Positions 33,777 to 42,927 of a DNA stretch of 47,773 nt are shown here, in pieces (positions within the stretch are counted from its first letter, which is position 1; each line of letters opens with the position of its first letter). Position numbers and translations under genes: made by a program. The notes below the pieces were generated by a model, which was given only the letters and a program-made list of their open reading frames with translations, was not told the DNA's origin and did no database searches. The DNA lies in IMG/VR virus record IMGVR_UViG_3300037307_000061, positions 1-47,773 of that record; one strand, given 5' to 3'. Source of the stretch: a virus (taxonomy: Duplodnaviria; Caudoviricetes).

Positions 33777-34880
33777 ATGTTTATATATGCAACAGGATTT
33801 GAGGGACTTCCAACAGGTGAAATAGGTTATAATAGTAGTCTTGCTACCTATTGGGCACAAATGGGCTGGTCCCCTAGTACTACTACAGGAGAAATTATAA
33901 GCGATGGTAGATATGGTAATGGGTTTAAAATTTGGGGGGATTGGGCTAGACCCTACAACTATGTTTATGTTAAAAGAATTTTTTCTAATACAGAAACTAT
34001 AATTATTGGTGCCGCTGTTAAAGCTCTTTCTACTACAGAAGATTATACTTATCACTCAATTTTTCATTTTAAAGATGGGGAAACAACTCAAGTACAATTA
34101 TGTTTTTCAGGTGATGGTAGACTCGTAGTTTATCGTGCTGGGGATCAAAATGATGGTACAACGGCAGTTACACTAGCAGTTGGTAATACTTATTTAGCAA
34201 CTGATACTTGGTATTATATTGAGATGAAAGTTACATTTCATAATAATAGTTTAGGACAAGTAGTTGTTAGAATAAATGAATCAGAAGAAATAAATTTACA
34301 GGGTGTTACTACCTCTATGACTTCTAATAACTATGCAAATTCAGTACAATTTCGTAACAATGCCGGGGGAGAAGAGTCTAGCAAATATTATGATGATATT
34401 TATATTTTTAACGGCGTAGACTCTGGTGTTGCTGGAATGCCTAATAATGATTTTATTGGTGATTGCCGAGTTGATAAACTAGTACCTAATGGTGGTGGAT
34501 CAACCACAGAATTAACGCCTATAAATGCTGCTTACAACTGGGATGCTGTAAATGAAATACCATCTAATCAAGATGCAGATTATGTAGAATCTAATGTGAT
34601 TGGGGCCAAAGATACCTACACAGTAAGTACACCGTCTGTTACTAATCCAGTAGTTTATGGAATGGTACTATATACACACGCTAAAAAAAATAATCCCGGT
34701 ACCAGAATAGCAACAAGCGTTATACGCTCTAATAGTGCTGAACAAGATGGATTAAATATGAATCTAGGTACAGGATACCAATATTTTATGGATACATATG
34801 AATATAATCCGATCACAGACACACAATGGTCGGCAGAAGATATAGAAAATTTAGAAATAGGTATTAAAGTAAAATCTTAG
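33777..34880 (+). CDS. concanavalin A/LamG-like virion protein
   Basis: 'GFE...TWYYIEMKV...G.VVVRIN...YYDDIYI' ConA-like domain, then a 'FIGDCRV..L.P...G...WSAEDIENLEIG' domain. Confidence 0.7.
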   Translation: MFIYATGFEGLPTGEIGYNSSLATYWAQMGWSPSTTTGEIISDGRYGNGFKIWGDWARPYNYVYVKRIFSNTETIIIGAAVKALSTTEDYTYHSIFHFKDGETTQVQLCFSGDGRLVVYRAGDQNDGTTAVTLAVGNTYLATDTWYYIEMKVTFHNNSLGQVVVRINESEEINLQGVTTSMTSNNYANSVQFRNNAGGEESSKYYDDIYIFNGVDSGVAGMPNNDFIGDCRVDKLVPNGGGSTTELTPINAAYNWDAVNEIPSNQDADYVESNVIGAKDTYTVSTPSVTNPVVYGMVLYTHAKKNNPGTRIATSVIRSNSAEQDGLNMNLGTGYQYFMDTYEYNPITDTQWSAEDIENLEIGIKVKS

Positions 34881-34938
34881 TACCAAAATCTCTAATACAA
34901 TAGGGTTTCTCATACAAGAGGAAGTGGTTTAGATGTTT

Positions 34939-34984
34939 AAAATAGCCGAAGCAAGTAATTATAACCTTGCTTCGGCTATTTTTT
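34939..34984 (+). terminator. intrinsic terminator
   Basis: AAAATAGCCGAAGCAAG-TAATTATAAC-CTTGCTTCGGCTATTTT-TT, a perfect inverted repeat with a U tract. Confidence 0.85.
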
Positions 34985-35017
34985 GTCTTTCCACCCGGTT
35001 TTTGGGGGTGAGGGTAA

Positions 35018-38000
35018 ATGACAACATATTATCTGAGTACAACAGGCAATAATAACAACAACGGAACAAGTACATCAACCCCTTGGGCTACGCTGGAAAA
35101 GTTTTTAACCCTTCCACCACAACCGGGTGATACATTATTAATTCTCGGTGGCACCTATACTGGAACAGGTAATAAAAAGTTATATGTTAGTGGTATTAGT
35201 GGTACGGCTGGAAACCCAATTACTATTAAAAATTATAATGGTGAAACTGTCATATTCGATGGAGGAATAGCTGGAAACGGTGGATCAAAAACTTGGACTT
35301 GGTGGGTTTACTTTTCTAACGGTAATCGTCCAGCCACAGGTGGTAATGGTTGTAGTTATTGGGTTATTGAAGAATTAATTTTTCAACATTTTGAAGCTTC
35401 TGATAATGCTGTTCTTGCATGGGGAAATTGGAATGATAATGATACTGTTAAACATCAATATAATATTATTCGTAAATGTATCTGGCGTGAAAATTATGCG
35501 GCGACAGATGGTACCGGAAATCTAGACAATCCACATGAATTATATCCCGGCGGCGGGTGTCAGTACATCACAGTTGAATATTGCCAGTTCTACGGTGCTG
35601 TCTACGGCCAAGGCAGCCAAACCCCTGCCGCTGGTGCATTCCATATCTATCATTCGCCGGGAGGACCGGGCAATATCGTTCGTTACAATATCTTTGATGG
35701 CTATAACAGAGGATTTTGGGTATTTCAGGCCTCCTATGAGGCCGAAATATATCACAACACATTTCTTGATTGTTATATCAATATGGAAGTATCTAGAATT
35801 GCTACTATAGATAGCGCAGTTGAAATTTATGATAATGCTGGCGAAACAGCCGACTCTGGAACAAATATTTTTGAAGATACTACCTATGGTGATTATACAT
35901 CTTATACAAATATTTACAATAACTTTTGGAACCAAAGTTTTGACTCCAACTACTACCTTGATCCAAGCGACAGCGGTTGGAAAGCTGCAACTGATGGTAC
36001 TGATGCTGGTGCTAGAAATGCTGCCACACAAAAACATGGTCAAGCACGGGCACAAATTGGGACTGGTATTGTTCCTGATAATGCTTACGAGGTTGAAGTT
36101 TTAGCAGATAATCCTGTATTTTTGGCAACACTAGAGGAATCATCAGGAAGTATTTTAGATATTGTTGGATTGCTTACTGGTACTGCTTACGGTTCTCCTA
36201 CATACGGTGTTACTGGACCTATTAGTGGTAAAACAGCAATTGATTTTCCTACTGGAAATGATTATTTCTCAATAACTGATCCCGGCACTAATTCAGTACT
36301 TGATCTAGGAACAGGTAACTTTTCAGTCGAATACTGGTTTGCCCGTGACGAGGACGCTACAGGTGTTGAAGTACATCTATACAAGGGAGCAGGAACCTTT
36401 AACTTTGGTATAACAGACGGTGACAAGTGGATGCTCGGGTATGCGGGTGTTGGGGTATTTGCTTATGGGAGTGTTAATGTTTTATCTAATAGCGTATGGC
36501 ATCATGTAGTATGGACTCGTACATCTGGTGGAACAAATACCCTATATGTGGACGGTGTTTCTGAGTCTACTGCCTATACGCAAAGTTATACCGCAGTAGA
36601 TACAAATAATCCATTTATTATTGGTAGAGAGAATACGAGTGAACGGGCCGCAGGGAAAATAGCCTATGTAGCAATATATAAAAGTGTATTAGACAGTACA
36701 AGAGTTGCGGCTCACTACTCTTCTGCTAGCTCTAGCAAAGTTACTAGAACAGCATCAGCACAAGCACAATCAAAATTAAAGGCTTTTAATATACGCTCTT
36801 ATGCGCAAGCGCAAGCTATTTTACCTTCTATTAGTGGCGCAACTTATAGAGGCTATGCTCAGGCTCAAACTAAAATAGGTAAAGTCTATTATATTGCTCC
36901 ATCAGGAAGTAATAGTACTGGTAATGGGTCTAAATCTACTCCTTGGAGAACAATGGCAGCATTCTTTTCAGTTGCTTCCGCAGGAGATATATTATTTGTA
37001 AGAGAGGGAACCTACACAGGATCAGATATTGGTAATCACTCATGTTATGCGACTGGAACAGCTAATGCACCTATCCTGATTTCTGGATATCCGGGTGATA
37101 GTATCCCAGTATATGATGGAAATTCTTCTGGTGATGTTTATGCTATATGGTTTAGGGATACTGCTGCTTATATCACCGTTCAAGATATTAAGTTTACTAA
37201 CTGGGAGGGTGGAGATTCGGCAGTATTAACCTCGTCAGGAACAAGCCCTAATTTTCCACACCATTTAACATGGCAAAGACTTACTTTACATAAAAAATCA
37301 ATGAGTCCTATATCTGGAACGCATGGTGCTTATTGGGGAAATGGGGTAAATAATTCTGTTGTTCAAGATTGCTTTATTGATGGTAATAGCATGGAGGGTG
37401 CGGGAGTACATGCTTACCATAACCCTAGCCCTCATGATAATATAGCTCAAAGAAATATTATTTTAAACTGGTCTGGTAGTTTAGTAACAGGTGGTTGTGG
37501 CGTTTTACTTTGGATAACTCCTGAAAATGGTGGAACTAATTTTGATATTTTACATAATACATTCATAAATAATCTTACTAATATTAGAGTGGAGTATGCG
37601 GATTCTGTCACTATTCAAGATAATGCAGGAACCAATTCTATATCCGGTCCTAATATTATTTCTGGAACTTATTCACCAACACCAACTAATTTAGTAATAA
37701 ATAATAATTATTGGGATCAAGAATTTAGTAGTACCTATCATCTACTGTACGGGGAAACAGGTAGAAATGCTGCTACAGATGGTAAAGATGCCGGTGCTTT
37801 AAACTATGAAATGGCTTGGGGACAAGCACAAACTGCTATAGCTTATCGTTCATATTATATAAGTCCAACTGGTAGCGATACTACAGGAAATGGTTCATAT
37901 AATTCTCCTTGGGCATCTATTAATAAATTTATTGCCATTCCGCCTTCCCCCGGTTACACTCTTTATTGCCGTGGAGGAACTTATACAGGCATATCTGATA

Positions 38001-41000
38001 TAGTAATAGCCAATATATCTGGTACAGTTTCAGCACCTATTACAATTCGTAATTACCCCGGTGATATACCAATTTTCCAAGGAACTAATACTACTTACAA
38101 TTATGGATTATTGATTCAAGAAGCAACGTCTTATCTTGTTATTGATGGACTTCAATTTACTAATTTTCGGCCTACGTCTGCGGGTGTAATTGAAATATAT
38201 GATGCCAATACAACGGTTGGGCCGCACCATATTACGATTCGCAACTGTAAAATTACACAGGTTAGTGGTTTAACAGTAGCCGAGCATTGTATAGATGTGG
38301 GTAAATATTCGCACGATGTTACAATAGAGGGTTGTGTTTTAATTGGTAATTATGTAACTGGAACAGAGGGTTGTGGTATTAATAATGATCATGCTCCTGT
38401 AAGTTACAATATGCTCTTCCAGCGTAATATATTTTATGATTGTGCTAAAGGTATCTATATTTGGGGAAGCTCTGCAACTGGTTCATTCCTTCATAATTCA
38501 TTTATCAATTGCTATGCTAATATTCGCCTAAATACTAATCATGGAGCAATTCTTGTCCGCGATAATGCTGGAACTGATGCCGCAGCAGGAACAACCTATA
38601 ACTTATATGACCCTGTTCCTACAGGAACAACTGCCGATCATAATTACTGGGATCAAGAATTTGATAGCACTTACCATCTGCTGTATGGAGAAACAGGAAG
38701 AGCCGCAGCAAGTGACGGTAAAGATGCTGGTGCATTAAGCTGGGTAGTTAGGTCTGGTCAAGCTCAAGCACAGATAGGTTTAATTACTCGTAGAAATTAT
38801 GGACAAGCACAAGCATATATAAATGCACGAACCTACTACATTAGCCCAACCGGCTCTGGTACAGTCGGTAGCCTAGCCCAACCATGTGCGCTTTCACGCC
38901 TTGCAACGGCTGGTGTTGTACAACCGGGCGACACATGGATTCTTTTAGATGGAACATATGGGACGCTAAATCTTGATGGCTCATCCGGCGTTCTAGACGG
39001 GACTTCTTCGATGCCTGTTACTGTTCGTGCGCAGAATGAGCGTGGAGCGCATCTTATCGGTCCCGGTAATGTATCAGTCCTTCGGGTCGCTAATCTCTCA
39101 TACTGGACATTTGTAGGACTGCGTATTCAGAACAGCGACCTTGATGCCCAATGGCTAGATAATGTCGATATCTTTGGTTGCGATCATCTAACTTTCCGGC
39201 GTTGTTTATTCCATCACAGTAATCAAGGACTTGAACCGGGCAGCTTAACTGGCTACAACAATGTTGGTCTAGTTCTTGTGCAGGATAGTGATTACTGTAC
39301 TTTTGAGGAAAATGAATTTTGGGACTGTATTAGCAACTTCCTTCAATTCTCCAACTACACTTCAGGTTACGGCAACCATGTTGCTCGTCGTAATTATTTT
39401 AATTATGGTAACGCATATCTGAAGCGGCGTGGAGCCGGTATATCTATCTACCCCTCAAATGGTTGCATCATTGAAAATAATTTCATGGATGAAGTACATG
39501 CCGACATTCAAGGAGCCTATTCCTATGGTCCCTTTGAAGAACAGAATCGCTTCTTCGGTAACATCATGCTTGATGATTATCTTGGGTATGAGCAATGCCG
39601 CGAGGATCGACCTACAGGCAGTATTTGGAGAAACAATGTTGCTATTGCCAACTCTAGCTATGTTGCAATGTTTATTCGTGGTTCTGCCGGAACATTAGTA
39701 GAAAATAACACAGTAATTGGCGGCTATGGTAACTACGCTTTCGATGAACAAGAGGATGCTTGTTTCGGTAGTGGTTCGGCAAGTATTACTTTCTGCAACA
39801 ACCTAGGACTTTACGGTAGTGAGTTTGGCTTTATAGCCAACGATCCTCTTGCACCCGCTTGGACAACTGATCATCAGAATCAATATGGGGCTACAGGTTA
39901 CGGCAATTTCACGCCTAGCGAAAGCGATTCTCGCCACACAAGCCCAATGCAAGTAGCACCAAATGCTGCACAACTTAGGTGTCCTGCATTTATTGTGCCG
40001 TCATCCCCATATTACCAAACAGGAGCATCGGGTGCTAATGTAGGAGCTACAGTACTCTATACCTACGAGAACGGCACGATTACAACTAACCCGATTTGGA
40101 ATACGACTACCAGCGAAATACTCTCAACATACATTGGTGCTGTTGTAACAGGTGTTAATGATGGATCGCAAAACGCTAATAAGCGACTACTTAATTTTGG
40201 AAGTCGGCTTCATCCAAACATCACGGCTGATGATTTTGCTTCTGTCTATACTACTGCCATTCGAAGTTATGCTCAAGCACAAGCAAAATTAAAAGGTTTT
40301 AATGTTCAGGGATACGGTCAAGCACAAGTTAAACTTAGTGGTAGTGGAATAACAGCAGATAATTTATATGAATATGAAGTAATTACAGATAACCCAATAT
40401 TTTTACTCCCAATGGAAGAATCATCTGGTAATTTGACAGATATTATTGGGGGCAAAATAGCAACTGCTAATGGATCACCAACTTATAGTGTTGCTGGTCC
40501 AATACAAGGTAAAACTGCTATACAAATCACAGGTACAGGTACTAATTATTTTTCTGTTGCTCATCATACAGACCTAAATCTTGCTGATGGTCCATTTACT
40601 CTTGAAATGTGGTATTACCGTGATGCTGATCTTGGTTCTGTATATGAGTCAGTTATTGCCAAAGGTGTAAATGGGTATGTTTTTGGCATAACTGCTACGG
40701 GATCGACTCCATACGATGATCGAATTCAGTTAGGTAAGCAGGGAGTTATTGGATTAGCCTATAGTACTACTGATCCTGTTCCTATTGGATCGTGGCTACA
40801 TTGGGTCATAACACGATCTGCTACCAGAGGGGTAGGCTCTACAAAAGTCTATAAGAATGGTGTAGAAGAAACTGGTTATGAGCCTTCGACTACTACTACA
40901 CTTAATAATACCACTAGTCCTTTATTGATTGGCCAAGAATCAGGAACAAACTATGCTAATGGTCGTATCGCATATGTTGCAATATATAAAACTGTTCTCA

Positions 41001-42925
41001 GCAGCACAAGAATTGCTGCTCACTATGCTGCATCTAAAGTAAAAATTAGTACCGCGCAAGCCCGAACAAAAGTTATTGGTCCTACTACATATAAACTATT
41101 TGCGCAATCTCAAGGAAAAATAAAACGAACCTATAAAAATTTGGCGCAAGCTCAAACTCAAATAGCAGGAACAATTCCTAGAGGATATGCACAAGCAAGT
41201 GCTGCCGTAGCAGGAACATTTACATCTGTATCAGACACATTTACTAGAAGTGTAACTGATGGTTTGGGTACTGCTGATACTGGCGGGACTTATACTGTCT
41301 ATGAAACAGCGGCAGATTGGGATATTAATGGATCAAAAGCGGTTGTTGTTACTGCCCATAGTTATACTGTAGGTAGTCTAGCAGTTTTAAAATCTGTTGC
41401 CATGTCAACGGTTGGCGGCTCCATAGAATTTAATCTGAATCAATTACCCGGTCAAGATGAAGTATATTATTTATATATATTAATAGATAGATCACCTACT
41501 AGTGTTACATCTTGGCCCTATTCAATAACCGGCCCTAATATAATGATAGATTCAGATGGTAATATTTATATACAAGCTATTTATAATGGTTCTGGTCTAG
41601 GAACAACAATAGGTACTTATACAGCAGGAGATACATGGTTATTAAAATTTACTTATTTAAAAAATTCTACAGATGCACTATTTAAGATAAAAACTTATAA
41701 GCAAGGAACTACAGAACCCGGTTGGCAACTCGTAAAAACTACCACACAAGCTATTGATCCAAGCTATTACAGACAGTTTGCAGGGCATGTTGGCCTATTA
41801 GCAATGTTTGCTGGGACGGCTGGATCAAGAACACTTACGCTAGATAACTGGAATCTTTATGTGGTAGGAAATGATCAATCTGCCCAAGCGCAAGCACGAA
41901 TAAAGCGAGTCTATCAAAGTTTTGCTCAAGCACAGACACAAATAATAGTAGGAAGTTTTAATAAAGGATTTTCACAAGCAAATGCTGCTATATCAGGAGC
42001 ATTTACATCTGTAGTAGATACATTTACTAGAACTGTGGCAAGTGGTTTAGGTACTGCTGATACAGGTGGAACCTACTACAATTCTACTAATGCTTGGAGT
42101 GTTAATGGTAGCAAGGGTGTTGCAGCTTCTAATTATAATTTGACGCATTTTGCAACATTACCTAGTGTTGCACTTAATAATTTGGAAACTTCCTTAGAGT
42201 ATGCTCATTCCGCTCTTCCAACTAGTGGTACTGGTGGTGTAATTTCGGTAACTTTCCATAATAGTGGTACCTCGGCCCCTTATAATCCATCGGGTAATTT
42301 TTATGACCATTTTGAAATTTCTATATTACTAAGTAGTAATGCAGAATTAACATTAACTATATGGGGAGGATCATATGGATGGAGCTATAATGTAGAAAGT
42401 ACTTATACAGCAGGAGATATCTGGATTTTAAAAACACTTTATTGGCCAACTTCTACAAGATATTTAATTAAAGCCAAAACTTGGAAACAGGGTACAACTG
42501 AACCTGACTGGCAAATTATTAAAACTAATAATGATTACCCAATTTTTAATTATATTAACTTTAAAGGTTATGTTGGATTAGCTACAACTCAAGTAAATGC
42601 TATAGGTTCTGGCTTTACTACAATTGATAACTGGAATGTTTATACAGCATGGGATAGCGCAAAAGCACAGGCGCAAGCACAGATTACAAGAGCTACTAAT
42701 TACAAAAAATATGGTCAAGCACAAACAAAAATTAAACAAGTATATCGTGTATTTGCTCAAGCACGAGTAAATATTAAACAGACTTATAAAATGTTTGGTG
42801 CAGCACAAGTCTCGATAATAAATACATATAAAACAACAGGACAGGCGCAAGTGTCAATATATATTTCGAATCATTTAACATTAGTAGATATTTCTACTAA
42901 TGGTTGGGTAGGGGTGGTGATGTAG
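35018..42925 (+). CDS. giant modular virion protein: 4 right-handed beta-helix (pectate lyase-like) + 2 LamG + 2 'DTFTR' lectin-like domains joined by GQAQAxI repeats
   Basis: Four 'YY(L/I)(S/A)xxG...P(W/C)...PGD...GTY' starts, two 'DN.YE.EV..DNP.F...EESSG...G.IAYVAIYK.VL...R.AAHY' domains and two 'DTFTR.V..GLGTADTGG' domains. Confidence 0.88.
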   Translation: MTTYYLSTTGNNNNNGTSTSTPWATLEKFLTLPPQPGDTLLILGGTYTGTGNKKLYVSGISGTAGNPITIKNYNGETVIFDGGIAGNGGSKTWTWWVYFSNGNRPATGGNGCSYWVIEELIFQHFEASDNAVLAWGNWNDNDTVKHQYNIIRKCIWRENYAATDGTGNLDNPHELYPGGGCQYITVEYCQFYGAVYGQGSQTPAAGAFHIYHSPGGPGNIVRYNIFDGYNRGFWVFQASYEAEIYHNTFLDCYINMEVSRIATIDSAVEIYDNAGETADSGTNIFEDTTYGDYTSYTNIYNNFWNQSFDSNYYLDPSDSGWKAATDGTDAGARNAATQKHGQARAQIGTGIVPDNAYEVEVLADNPVFLATLEESSGSILDIVGLLTGTAYGSPTYGVTGPISGKTAIDFPTGNDYFSITDPGTNSVLDLGTGNFSVEYWFARDEDATGVEVHLYKGAGTFNFGITDGDKWMLGYAGVGVFAYGSVNVLSNSVWHHVVWTRTSGGTNTLYVDGVSESTAYTQSYTAVDTNNPFIIGRENTSERAAGKIAYVAIYKSVLDSTRVAAHYSSASSSKVTRTASAQAQSKLKAFNIRSYAQAQAILPSISGATYRGYAQAQTKIGKVYYIAPSGSNSTGNGSKSTPWRTMAAFFSVASAGDILFVREGTYTGSDIGNHSCYATGTANAPILISGYPGDSIPVYDGNSSGDVYAIWFRDTAAYITVQDIKFTNWEGGDSAVLTSSGTSPNFPHHLTWQRLTLHKKSMSPISGTHGAYWGNGVNNSVVQDCFIDGNSMEGAGVHAYHNPSPHDNIAQRNIILNWSGSLVTGGCGVLLWITPENGGTNFDILHNTFINNLTNIRVEYADSVTIQDNAGTNSISGPNIISGTYSPTPTNLVINNNYWDQEFSSTYHLLYGETGRNAATDGKDAGALNYEMAWGQAQTAIAYRSYYISPTGSDTTGNGSYNSPWASINKFIAIPPSPGYTLYCRGGTYTGISDIVIANISGTVSAPITIRNYPGDIPIFQGTNTTYNYGLLIQEATSYLVIDGLQFTNFRPTSAGVIEIYDANTTVGPHHITIRNCKITQVSGLTVAEHCIDVGKYSHDVTIEGCVLIGNYVTGTEGCGINNDHAPVSYNMLFQRNIFYDCAKGIYIWGSSATGSFLHNSFINCYANIRLNTNHGAILVRDNAGTDAAAGTTYNLYDPVPTGTTADHNYWDQEFDSTYHLLYGETGRAAASDGKDAGALSWVVRSGQAQAQIGLITRRNYGQAQAYINARTYYISPTGSGTVGSLAQPCALSRLATAGVVQPGDTWILLDGTYGTLNLDGSSGVLDGTSSMPVTVRAQNERGAHLIGPGNVSVLRVANLSYWTFVGLRIQNSDLDAQWLDNVDIFGCDHLTFRRCLFHHSNQGLEPGSLTGYNNVGLVLVQDSDYCTFEENEFWDCISNFLQFSNYTSGYGNHVARRNYFNYGNAYLKRRGAGISIYPSNGCIIENNFMDEVHADIQGAYSYGPFEEQNRFFGNIMLDDYLGYEQCREDRPTGSIWRNNVAIANSSYVAMFIRGSAGTLVENNTVIGGYGNYAFDEQEDACFGSGSASITFCNNLGLYGSEFGFIANDPLAPAWTTDHQNQYGATGYGNFTPSESDSRHTSPMQVAPNAAQLRCPAFIVPSSPYYQTGASGANVGATVLYTYENGTITTNPIWNTTTSEILSTYIGAVVTGVNDGSQNANKRLLNFGSRLHPNITADDFASVYTTAIRSYAQAQAKLKGFNVQGYGQAQVKLSGSGITADNLYEYEVITDNPIFLLPMEESSGNLTDIIGGKIATANGSPTYSVAGPIQGKTAIQITGTGTNYFSVAHHTDLNLADGPFTLEMWYYRDADLGSVYESVIAKGVNGYVFGITATGSTPYDDRIQLGKQGVIGLAYSTTDPVPIGSWLHWVITRSATRGVGSTKVYKNGVEETGYEPSTTTTLNNTTSPLLIGQESGTNYANGRIAYVAIYKTVLSSTRIAAHYAASKVKISTAQARTKVIGPTTYKLFAQSQGKIKRTYKNLAQAQTQIAGTIPRGYAQASAAVAGTFTSVSDTFTRSVTDGLGTADTGGTYTVYETAADWDINGSKAVVVTAHSYTVGSLAVLKSVAMSTVGGSIEFNLNQLPGQDEVYYLYILIDRSPTSVTSWPYSITGPNIMIDSDGNIYIQAIYNGSGLGTTIGTYTAGDTWLLKFTYLKNSTDALFKIKTYKQGTTEPGWQLVKTTTQAIDPSYYRQFAGHVGLLAMFAGTAGSRTLTLDNWNLYVVGNDQSAQAQARIKRVYQSFAQAQTQIIVGSFNKGFSQANAAISGAFTSVVDTFTRTVASGLGTADTGGTYYNSTNAWSVNGSKGVAASNYNLTHFATLPSVALNNLETSLEYAHSALPTSGTGGVISVTFHNSGTSAPYNPSGNFYDHFEISILLSSNAELTLTIWGGSYGWSYNVESTYTAGDIWILKTLYWPTSTRYLIKAKTWKQGTTEPDWQIIKTNNDYPIFNYINFKGYVGLATTQVNAIGSGFTTIDNWNVYTAWDSAKAQAQAQITRATNYKKYGQAQTKIKQVYRVFAQARVNIKQTYKMFGAAQVSIINTYKTTGQAQVSIYISNHLTLVDISTNGWVGVVM

Positions 42926-42927
42926 TA

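Noticed and set aside
28912-39698. Short alternate-frame + ORFs inside the tail genes (28912, 33379, 35535, 35820, 38541, 39429)
   Set aside because: Typical off-frame by-products of codon bias, with no independent support.
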